A DNA stretch of 64,000 bases from Mantamonas sphyraenae STR306 (Eukaryota > Protista > CRuMs), in the NCBI GenBank assembly GCA_026936335.1, contig JAPMXV010000060.1, positions 1-64,000 on the forward strand, read 5' to 3'. Every line of letters starts with the position of its first letter. Within the stretch, counting starts at the first letter, position 1. A model generated the notes under the pieces. The model worked only from the letters and a program-made list of their open reading frames with translations, had not been told where the DNA came from and did not search any database. This document shows positions 1 through 10,577 of this stretch, one piece after another. The position numbers and the translations under genes are program-made.

Positions 1-167
1 CCTAACCCTAACCCTAACCCTAACCCTAACCCTAACCCTAACCCTAACCCTAACCCTAACCCTAACCCTAACCCTAACCCTAACCCTAACCCTAACCCTA
101 ACCCTAACCCTAACCCTAACCCTAACCCTAACCCTAACCCTAACCCTAACCCTAACCCTAACCCTAA
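1..167. repeat. Telomeric repeat (CCCTAA)n / (TTAGGG)n, chromosome end
   Basis: Perfect tandem CCCTAA hexamers from base 1 to 167, then an abrupt switch to unique sequence. Confidence 0.99.
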
Positions 168-441
168 TCTTATAAGTTGTGTTTGTTTGATGATATGCGC
201 GTCCGGTCTACGTCAAGTGAGTTGTGCTGTTGGTTGGTGGCGGGGTGGCTGAGTTGGGTAGTGACATGGGGCAGTGGGCAATGGGTGGTAGTGAAAATGT
301 CGCTGGTGAGTGGCCGTCGTCCTGCAACGGCGCGCAGTCAGCACTGCCCATCCGCCTCCAACCAAAATTGTCACCAACACCCACCACACCCTCCACCAGT
401 CCAACTCGATCCACATACACTCCACTACCACCACCACAACC

Positions 442-3400
442 ATGGACAACGACTACTCAAGCACTCCGAAGCAACAACACACACCCAACACCTACCCAGC
501 GTGCGTTCTGCCTTCCACTCCGTTTTCTGACTGCCCGCTCCTCCCGCTTCCTTGCCTCCTCCACGCCTCCCTCGCTTCCTTCCACTCCTCCCGTGCATGT
601 CCACTTCCCCATCACCACCGCTACTGCATTCTCCGCCTTCTTCGATCCCCTCTCCCCTGTCACTGCCCTCTCCGTTGCCGGTTTCCGGGTCTGCCAATCT
701 CATCCGTTTTCCCTCTCTGCTCGTTCCAGCCTCCCTTCGTCCCGCTTCTGCTCTAACGGCGTCCATTCCGCCTTCCGCTCACCGTTCCCACCCCTCCCTG
801 CCCCTCCGCGTCTTCCCCACAGCTACGGGTACATGGTGCCTCCCATGGCTGCCCAGCCGTTTCCGAACATGCTGCCCGTCTCTGGCGTACAAAACCCGTA
901 CCAGCACCCACAACCACCCATCATCTGGGTCCCTGTCAACACCCATTCCCAGCAACACCACGCGTATGCTCACCAGGGCCACCCATACTACGCCTACCCT
1001 CCTCCGCCGCCTCCTCAGCCGCGACAAACTGCCCAGGTGCACTTCGCTCAGACTCCGTTGCACCCTCCGCCTGCTCAACCCACCACAAACCACAACGGCG
1101 TCCCTAAACGCATCAGCCCAGCCTTTGTCGGCATCAACCGGACCACATCCACCACCACATCGTCGTCCTCCTCCCACCAGGCCACACGGCAGACTGGAGA
1201 CAGCGACGACGACGACGCAGACCAGGACACGCACACACATGACACCGGCGACGTGGAGGACCTGATGATCCTGAACTTTGGCCACCGTGAACCATGGTCA
1301 ATCTCCAGCAACACAGAGTGGTTGACCAGCTCAGGGATGGAGGCGTACGAAGACGACGGCGAGGCAAACGACGCAACCCAGCAGCACGTGGACGACGAGA
1401 TGGAAACTCAGGGGGGACTCAGCATTGCAGACATTGGTGATGCCATGGATGAGGAGTACATGCCGCAAGACGACAGTGACGACGACACAGACGACATGGA
1501 GCAGGAGGACGCGGACGATTGGCAGCCGAGACGCACAAGAAGAGGCCGCACACGACGTCGCAGAGGCCACACCAGCCGCCGTACTGGTCCACACAAGATG
1601 AAAGACAATGGGCAGCGCAGTCTCAGGGTCACGGCTGGCAGTGGCACAGAGACAGGAACGTCGAGCACACGGGCAAGGAGGGCCAAGAACGGAGACAACG
1701 GCGCCCGGAAGCAAGCAAACATGAACAGGAAGAACAAGTTGCCGAACGGTGTTGTGCGCAAAGGGTGGACAGCGGGACACAGCGACGACCGCAGCCACAG
1801 CAACAAGAAGGAGCACACGGCTCTGCTGACCCACATGCACAACTTGGCCAACGAGCACCCCGTCGACAACATCCCCGACCTGATGATCCTGCAGGCGCGT
1901 GTTGTGGTCTGCCATGGCACCCTGAACACGCTTGTCCGACAGATTCAGCTGACTCTGGGCAGCATTCCCTTCTCCCAGGGTGACATGGCCTTCTGCCTCA
2001 CCCTTCTCGGCCGTAACATGGATCAACAGGCGTGCAGCCTTGCCATCATTAGCGCTGGTTTGGCCATGGGTGTGACAAAGGCTGGGTTGAAGGTGTGCTG
2101 GCTGGAGGAGCCACACGACCACGGCGACCCCAACTACGCCCTCCTCCACCTGCTTATGACAGAGATGGACACACTTGGCAACAGGCCCCATCCCAGCACC
2201 TGGAAGGAACACGAGCAGACCCAGCTGCGGCTGCAGAAAGCACGACGCCCTGCTGACAACAACAGCGACCCACACTGGACACAAGGCGACTACGACCACC
2301 ACCTCGCCGACAACAAGGTGGACAAGTGGCATCCAGAGTCAGTGCGCAGTGGCTGGAGCAATACCGCAGACGAGCGTGGCAGCTGCACGGCACGGGAGTT
2401 CCAGACGCTGCTGGCACACATGAAGGCACGCGCAGCCAAGCACCCTCGCCATCAGCACACACACGAGTTCTATGCACTACGTGAGTTGATCAACAACGGC
2501 AACCTGCCGTCCCTGCTGCGACACATCATCCTGGCGCTGGGCAACGTGGGCGTGCCGCCTGTCGACCTAGCCTTCTTTGTCCGCCTCCTCCGGCCAAACC
2601 TCACCTACAAGAAGGTTCAACAGGTCATCAGCAACAACCTCACCCGCGGCGTCACCACACTCTCCCTCAAGATCGCCTGGATCGACAACCCCCAACCCAG
2701 CGACGCCACACTGCACACCCTCCTCCACACTCTCATCGACCGCATCACACCCCACATCACCACCCGTCCCACCACCACTGACGCCGTCAACACCCTCGAC
2801 ATCCCCGAGCTAGTTCTGCCCGAGCCAACAGAGGAGGAGACGATGGCCGTGGAGGATGGACTGCCAGATGGCGTTGTGCGCAGTGTCTGGACAAATTGGC
2901 GCAACGAGCGCAGCCACAGGAACAAGAAGGAGCACACGGCACTGCTGAACCACATGCACACTCTTGCCAACGAACATCCCATCGACAATATCCCCGACCT
3001 CATGACTCTGCAGGCGCGTGTGGTGGTCTGCCATGGCACCCTGCGCACGCTGGTCCGACAGATCCAGCTCGCTCTGGGCAACATTCACCTCTCGCAGGGC
3101 GACATGGCCTTCTTTCTCACCCTTCTCGGCCGTGACATGGATCAACAGGCGTGCTGGGTGGCCATCCCCAACGCTGGTCTGGCCATGGGTGTGACAAAGG
3201 TTGGGTTGAAGGTGTGCTGGCTGGAGGAGCAACATGACCACGGTGACCCCAACTACGCCCTCCTCCACCTGCTCATGACAGAGATGGACATGCTCGGCGA
3301 CAGGCCTCATCCCACCACCTGGAAGGAGCACAAGCAGACCCAGCTGTGGCTGCAGAAAGCACGACGCCCTGCTGACAACAACAGCGACCCACACTGGACA

Positions 3401-4009
3401 CAATGCGACTACGACCACCACCTCACCACCACCGAGCTGGAGCAGTGGCACCCTGAGTCTGTCCGCAGTGGCTGGACCAACGGTCTCAGCGACGAGCGAG
3501 GGAGCTGCACGGCGCGGGAGTTCCAGACGCTGCTGGCATACATGAAGGCACGCGCAGCCAGGCACCCTCGCCATCAGCACACACACGAGCACCAGGCACT
3601 GCGTGAGCTGATCAACAACGGCAGCCTGATGTCTCTGCTGCGACACATCATCCTGGCGCTGGGCAACGTTGGCGTGCCGCCTGTCGACCTGGCCTTCTTT
3701 GTCCGCCTCCTCAGGCCACGCTTCACCTACAGGCAGGTGCAAAGTGCCATTAGCTACACCCTCACCTGCGGTGTCACCTCCCTCTCCCTCAAGATCGCCT
3801 GGCTCGACAACCCCAAACCCAGCGACGCCACACTGCACACCCTCCTCCACACCCTCATCGACCGCATCACACCCCACATCACCACACGGCCCACCACCAC
3901 ACACGCCGTAAACGCCTACCCCATCACCCCCTTCACCCTGCCCAAGCGCAAAGACCCTTCCTCCTCCTCCTCCTCCTCCTCCTCCTCCAAACGCCAGCGC
4001 CTCGAATAA
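442..4009 (+). CDS. Telomere-adjacent unknown protein with Pro/His/Gln-rich and acidic/basic N-terminus and four copies of a ~150-aa helical domain
   Basis: Exon 1 442-500 (MDNDYSST...). Intron 501-822 (GTGCGT...CCCCACAG) joins in frame to the long ORF ending TAA 4009. Internal duplication with 1122-bp offset. Basic NLS-like stretches RRTRRGRTRRRR and PKRK...KRQRLE. Confidence 0.8.
1739..3910 (+). repeat. Intragenic tandem duplication (~1.1-kb units starting 1739 and 2861)
   Basis: LPNGVVRKGW... at 1739 and LPDGVVRSVW... at 2861; long near-identical nucleotide stretches such as cagaaagcacgacgccctgctgacaacaacagcgacccacactggacacaa occur in both units. Confidence 0.95.
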
Positions 4010-4025
4010 ACCATTTCATTCCCAC

Positions 4026-5581
4026 TCACCCTCCCCTCCCCACCCACGCCAACACCCTCTCCATCACCTCATCCGGCAGTGTCATCCACTGTGCAGTCGG
4101 TTCGTACGCCTCCATCCCTCCACACTCAAACATCACCTCCCTCTCTTCCCCATTCATCATCAACGCCATTTCCATCGCCTCATCCACCTCTCCACCCCAT
4201 CCAATCCAATGCCACTCCTTCCTCCACCCTGCCTCCCTCACCTTCTTCACCGTTGCCACGCCTGGCCTCGCACCCCACGCCCGCAACACATCCACAACCC
4301 TCTCATCCCCACCCTTCACAGCTCGATCCAGCGCGTTCTCCTTCCCTCCATCCCCTACAAACGTGTCCACAGGCACTCCTTTTTCCAGCAACGCCTCAAT
4401 CTCGTCGACTTTTCCTTTCCGCACCGCAAGCATCAGCTTGGAGCCATGCTTCTTGTTCCGCGCCAGCGCTGCTTTGATGCGCTTGTTGGTCACACCCTTG
4501 AGCGCCCAACACGCGTTGTTCCTCTCCAGTGCATCTGCGATGGCCTCCCACCCCTCTGCGCCGATTTCTTTGTTGGCAAACAGCTTCAACTCTTGCAATG
4601 TGCGGTTGACACTCAGTGCCTCCCCCAGTGCACGTGCGCCTTCGTCCCCGATGCTGTTGTTGTTCAGATTCAGCCTTTGCAGGCTGTTGTTCTTGCCCAG
4701 TACACCGCCGAGAAGTTGCGCGCCCACGTTGCTGATGCCGTTTCCTCGCAAATACAGCGCCAGCAGCGTGCAATTCTCATTCAGTGCTCCGGCGATCTCC
4801 TTCACACCATCGTCGCCCACCTCGTTTGTGTGAAGGTCCAGGTGGCGCAAGCTGCTGTTCTCTCGCAAAGCGTCAGCCAACACGGTTGCTCCTTCCACAC
4901 CAAGATTGTTTTGGCCCAGCTCCAACGACACCAGACTGCTGTTATTCCCCAGACCTTTGGCCAGTGCCGCCATGCCCTCCGCCATCAGGCTGTTCGACCC
5001 CAGGTTCAGTGCCTCCAATTTCCCGCAAAGGCATTTCGCCAGCGCCTTGGCTCCTTCCACACCAATCCGGTTCCCGGAAAGAGCAAGGGTGTGCAAGCAC
5101 GTGTTTTCCTCCAGACAAGCGGCCAGCGACGCTGCTCCTTCGTCCCCGATGTCGTTGCAGCTCAAGTCCAGAATCTCCAGCACCTCGTTTTCAACGAGCG
5201 CCTTGGCCAGCACCGCCGTCCCTTGCGGACCCATACCATTCCTAGCAAGGTTCAGGCGCTTCAAGGTGCGGTTAACGGCAAGCGCGTCACTCAACAAACT
5301 CGCGTGGTGGGTGTACTCGTTGTTGTTGAGGAGCAGCACCTCCAGCGTTTGGTTCGTGCTCAACGCCCTGAGAAACGCCGGGATAGCGTTCCCGACCATT
5401 AACTCATGACTGTCGTTTAAATCCAGACTCTGATACCACCTCAACGTCAGCAAGGGCCGCTGCTGCACACAAATGGCAAATCACCCACCTTTCCACACCA
5501 CTTCAGCTCCTTGCTGATTCGTTCGTCACTCCATCTACGCAGCAGGTGCGCCCACTTGAGTTTCACTTCATAGTTTGACAT
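4026..5581 (-). CDS. LRR (RI/NLRC3-like, 28-aa) + ankyrin + C-terminal F-box-like protein, paralog 1
   Basis: LxxLxLxxNxIGDEGAxALAxAL repeats; ankyrin-like LMLAVRKGKVDEIEALLEKG and NALDRAVKGGDERVVDVLRAWGA; terminal WMTLPDEVMERVLAWV. Inferred exon 1 5581-5489 and micro-intron 5463(or 5460)-5488. Confidence 0.85.
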
Positions 5582-5624
5582 GGAGTTCTGATAAGTATTG
5601 TTTGATGTGTTTGGGCGCCTGCCT

Positions 5625-7299
5625 CTACCCCCCTCCCCTCCCCACCCACCCAATCACCCTCTCCATCACCTCATCCGGCAGTGTCACCCATCCTCCCCAC
5701 CCTCCCTCCTCCACATACGCCTCCATCCCTCCACACCCAAACATCGCCTCCCTCTCCTCCCCATTCATCACCAATGCCACCTCCATCGCTTCATCCACCT
5801 GTCCACTCCACCCGATCCAATGCCACGCCTTCCTCCACCCTTCCTCCCTCACCATCTCCACCGTTTCCATCCTTGGCTTTGCACCCCACTCCCGCAACAC
5901 CTCCACAATCCTCTCATCCCCTCGCGTCACTCCTCTCTCCAGCGCATTCTTCCTCCCCCTCTCCCCTGCAAACGTGTCTACAGGCACCCCCCACTCCATC
6001 AACTCTCTCATCTTCTCCACATCCCCACACTCCACAAAATCCACGTGATGCTTCCTATTTCTCTCCAACAGCGACTGAAAAGCGTCATTGCGAACGCCCA
6101 GGATTTTCCAGCATGACCGATTGACTTCCATTGCCCTTGTCAGTGCTGCTTCTCCCTCATCCATGATGCTGATCCTGCTGAGGTCCAGCGACTGCAAGCT
6201 GTTGTTCTCAGCCAGCGCCTGCGCCAGTGCTGCTGCTCCTTCATCCCCGAGGCTGTTGTCGTTAACTTCCAGCTTCTGCAAGCTGCTGTTCACACTCAGT
6301 GCCTGCGCCAGTGCTGTTGCACCGTCTGTTCCGATATTGTTGAGGCTGAGACCCAGTGTACACAGGCTGCGGTTCTCACACAGTGCCTTGGCCAGCGCTT
6401 TTGCTCCTTCTGTTCCGATGTTGTTGGTGTAGACAAAGAGTGTCTGCAAGCTGCTGTTCACACACAGTGCCTTTGCCAGCGCTGCTGCTCCTTCTGCACC
6501 GACGCTGTTGCCCCAGAGGTTCAGTGAGTGCAAGCTGGAGTTCTCGCAAATTGCCTGCGCCAGCGCTGCTGCTCCTTCTGCACCGACGCTGTTGCCCCAG
6601 AGGTTCAGTGAGTGCAAGCTGCTGTTCACACACAGTGCCTGTGCCAGCGCTGCTGCTCCTTCTGCACCGACGCTGTTGCCCCAGAGGTTCAGTGAGTGCA
6701 AGCTGGAGTTCTCGCAAATTGCCTGCGCCAGCGCTGCTGCCCCTTCTGCCCCGATGTTGTTGTTGCCGAGAAAGAGTTTCTGCAAGCTGTTGCTGGCAAT
6801 CAGTGCCTGCGCAAGTGCTGATGCGCCTTCTGCCTCGATGCTGTTGTCGTTGAGGTACAGTGTCTGAAGGCTGCGGTTCATACACAGTGCCGGCGCCAGT
6901 GCTGCTGCCCCTTCGTCCCCGATTCTGTTGCCGCTTAGTTCCAGTTTCTGCAAGCTGCTGTATTCATTAAGCGCCTGCGCCAGTGCTGCTGCGCCTTCGT
7001 CCCCGATACTGTTCTTGTTCAACGACAATTTCCTCAAGCTCCTGTTCTTTCCCAGCGCCTTGGCCAGTGCTACTGCCTCATTGTCTCCCAACTGCTTGTG
7101 AACAATGATCAACTTCCGTGCTCCACGTGTCAGCACACATTCTTTCCCTTCGCCCACTCGCTTCTGGACGTGACACAACCATTCCGTCCGCGTTCCGGGC
7201 GCAACACACCTCTTCCTCTGCCTCCAGAGCACTGCCAATCCGTGCATGATCCCCGCTCTGCAGCAAAGCCACCCAATCATCCATCTTTGTTGAGCTCAT
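5625..7299 (-). CDS. LRR + ankyrin + F-box-like protein, paralog 2
   Basis: About 12 regular 28-aa LRRs and the same C-terminal module. Exon 1 7299-7210; phase-0 intron 7164-7209 (GTGTGT...CCAG). Confidence 0.88.
6445..6740 (-). repeat. 84-bp tandem LRR-coding units, near-identical, alternating A/B pattern
   Basis: gccagcgctgctgc recurs at 6475, 6559, 6643 and 6727 (exact 84-bp period); units 6475-6558 and 6643-6726 are identical. Confidence 0.95.
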
Positions 7300-7716
7300 C
7301 TGCTTGCTCGTTGTGAGCGTGTGTGCACCACCGTTTCCTCTCCTTCGCTTCCACGGCCGCCCTCCTCCTCCCTCTCCACCACCACTCCATCCCACACTTC
7401 TCTATTCACCCAAATCTACCTACACTGCGGTCCCGTAAGAATGTGACAGCTCCTAAATGCGTTGTGCGCTGCTGCGCTTGCCAACACCGTACCGCTGCAA
7501 AAGGCCTCCAAACCTTCCCTCCCTCGCAATGGACTGCCAGTGCAACCACCCCTTCCATTGCACTGGCATTGCTGTCTGTGTGTTGAATGTACATTCTCCC
7601 CACATTGCCATCCCCGTCGTCCAAGATCCTCCCTACCTTCCTGCCAACCTCCTGCCCTTTCCTCCTCTCCTGCGTCCGACGTCCATTCCTCCTTGCTGAT
7701 CACCCCTCCACACTGT

Positions 7717-9420
7717 TCAATCCTCCTCCACACGTTGCCTCTTCTCCTCCTCCGCTTCCTCCTCCTCTTCCACCTCATCTCTCTCTCGCTTGCTCGTCTC
7801 CCCTGACCTCCCCACAGCGACCCTTGCCGGTGCAGCTCCCCTTCCCACCCACTGCACCACCCTCTCCATCACCTCATCCGGCAGTGTCACCCACCCTCTC
7901 CAACCTCCCTCCTCCGCATACGCCTCCATCCCACCACGCTCAAACATCACCTCCCTCTCCTCCCCATTCATCACCAATGCCACCTCCATCGCTTCATCCA
8001 CCTGTCCACCCCACCCAATCCAATGCCACGCCTTCCTCCACCCTTCCTCCCTCGCCACCTCCACATCTGTCCATCGGGGCACCACCTTCCACCTGCGCAG
8101 CAGCTCCACAACCTCCTCATGCCCTGCTCGCAAAGCGTTGCTGAACTCAGACTCTACACCCATGTCCACATGACGAGGCACACCCCAATCGACCAGCTCC
8201 TTCATCCTCTTCACATCGCCTGCCTTGACTGCGTCCAGGTACGCCTCCTGCTGGCGCTCGTTCTCCTTTTCCTGCCTGCTGTTGCTCGCGTTCCACACCC
8301 CTCCCAGATGCCGGCACGACCTGCTTTTCCCAATGGCCTGCACAAGCGCCTCTGCCCCACGTTCCGTCACCAAGTTGTTCACCAACATCAGCGTCGTCAA
8401 ATCGCTGTTGTCCCGCAACCCGTCGGCCAACCCCACCGCCCCTTCGTCCCCAATGGGATTTCCACTCAATTCCAGCATCTCCAGCGAACAGTTTGCACGC
8501 AGTGCCATACCCAAAGCCCATGCCCCTTTGTCTCCGATGTCACACCGCGCCGCATGCAGCGTCAGCAAACGCGTGTTTGTCTCCAGCGCCTGTGCCAGAG
8601 CCTCAGCTCCTTCGTCCCCAACCTGGTTGCCATTCAGCACCAACATCTCCAACGTGTGGTTCATCCCCAATCCTTCTGCCAATGCCGCCGCTCCTTCCGC
8701 TGAAAACGCGCACTGGCTCAGCAGAAGTTCGCGCAACGTTTGATTCGCCGCCAGCATCTTGCCCAACTCCGCTGCACCCATGTCCATCACTGGATTCCCC
8801 TGCAAATCCAGAGACACGATAGTCTTGTTCGCCATCATCCCCAACGCGATCTCTCGCGGGCCGTTCACTGTGCCGACGTTCCCGCTCAAGCCAAGGTGCT
8901 CCAGCGTGCGGTTGAGCTCCAGTGCCTTTCCAATGTGTGCCATGGCACTGTCGTCCATGTCGCAGTGCATGACACGCAAGCTCTCAAGTGTCCTGTTCCT
9001 GCAAAGTGCGTGTGCTGCCACTTTGCCTGCTACCTCTCCAAACTCGTTCTCCTGAATCACAAACTCCCGCACAGCGTTGTTCCCCGCCAATGCCAACACC
9101 AACAGCGCTGTGTTTTCATCCGTGAGCCCGTTCCTGAAAAGTTCCACCTCCTCAACCGTCGTTGTCTCTCCCAGAAGATGCGAGAGCGCTCTTGCACCGG
9201 CGCTTCGAATGCGGCAGTCCAAAACCAGCGACTGTGCATCCCACAGGGTCAGAAACCTATCAAATCACCGTCTACAGTACTCCATGACCGCTCCTCCCCC
9301 CTCGTTCGACTTTGACCCTCCTTTTCCCCTCACCTTGCCAGCCTCTCGCAAAAGCGATGCCACCTCCTTATCCGCGTGCTTCCCCAATGCCTGATGCCAC
9401 TCTTTCTGTGACCTGCTCAT
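7717..9420 (-). CDS. LRR + ankyrin + F-box-like protein, paralog 3
   Basis: Diverged 28-aa LRRs and the same C-terminal module (WRKAWHWIGW...WVTLPDEVMERVVQWV). Exon 1 9420-9334; phase-0 intron 9232-9333 (GTGAGG...CTGAC...GCACAG). Confidence 0.85.
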
Positions 9421-9490
9421 CTTGACAACAAAATCCTGTCTGCGCCACCGCATCCAACTCCACTTGCCGACAACAACAACAACAACAACC

Positions 9491-10576
9491 ATGTCGCAAT
9501 CTGAAGAAGGATGGGAACGCAAGTTCATGCTCTGCAATCCGCGTACGTTGCCGCCAGTCCTTTCCCCGCGCCAAAATCCCGGACGTGCCGCAAATCCTCA
9601 AATCGGGAAAAACGCCCACCCCGTTTCGCTTGTGCTGTTCTTCTCTTGTCCCTCCCAACTCCCCAACCCGTCCCTCCCCTTCCCACGCTCCCCTCCACTC
9701 CGCCCAGCCATTGCCAGCCATCCCAGCCCTTCGTTTGCGCTCGTGCGTTCGCACACCGCGTCAACGCGACATGTCCAAAAACGGAGACTTTGCCTTTTCC
9801 GGCCAGCCCGTCCACTCGGCCCGACAGCAATGCAGCTTCGGCCCAAACCTGCACATCCCCATCCCAACCACCCAGTACACATCCCCACCATTTTGCCCCC
9901 ATCCACTCGCCTGCAACGACCCCGCACTCACCTCTTCCTTTCCCTTCCCCTGGCACTGCATTGCGGGGCTACCACACCACCCACCTTTGTCCACTAACCC
10001 CTTTCGCCCCTTGCCACAGTTGACCGCTGCTGCTGCTCCTCTGTGTACACGGCATCTATGGCTTTTTTGACGCTCTTTGTCATCCTCTCGATCATCCAAG
10101 CAATCTTTGTGCTTCTCGCCTTCATTGCGGTCATCGTGCTCGTGCCGTTCTATGCCGTCGCCCTCCTCATCATCTCAATCATCGCAATCCTCTTTGCTGC
10201 TGCAAACTGCTATGGCTGCACCGCTGTCAAGGAAGTCAACGCTGAAGGCATCCAAAAGTACCTCCGCTTCACCATCGTGCTCTTCGTCGCCCAGGTGATC
10301 TTTAGCATCGTTAGCATCATCATCGGTGCTGCCACAGAACCTGGATACGCATCCTCTACCAACTTCACCAACGACATCGTGAATCTCATTGTCCTGATCG
10401 TCATCTTCCTCCTCATCTTCTGGACTATCGAGTCCTTCCACATCCAGGTTCGCGAAGGAAAGGCCACCGTGCAGGATCCGCACGCTGTTGGTGCCTCCAT
10501 GAAGGGTGCCGCTGGCCCGGCAGGTCCTGCCGACGAGGACGTCCGCGACCCCAGCGTCGTCTCCCAGGAAGTCTAA
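9491..10576 (+). CDS. Four-TM membrane protein, LAPTM/tetraspanin-like topology with N-terminal Cys cluster
   Basis: Exon 1 9491-9542 plus intron 9543-10019 gives ...LCNPLDRCCCSSVY...; four hydrophobic helices; C-terminus SQEV. Confidence 0.65.
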
Positions 10577-10577
10577 G

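Noticed and set aside
224-822. N-terminal 200 aa of the 1261-aa ORF
   Set aside because: It starts at TTG and runs through a pyrimidine-rich GT..AG intron; the spliced model from ATG 442 fits better.
224-4009. Telomere-targeted retrotransposon or helicase element
   Set aside because: No reverse transcriptase, endonuclease, gag zinc-knuckle or helicase motifs and no poly-A tail are visible.
6445-6740. CRISPR-like repeat-spacer array
   Set aside because: These are in-frame 84-bp LRR coding units in a eukaryotic gene, with no unique spacers or cas genes.
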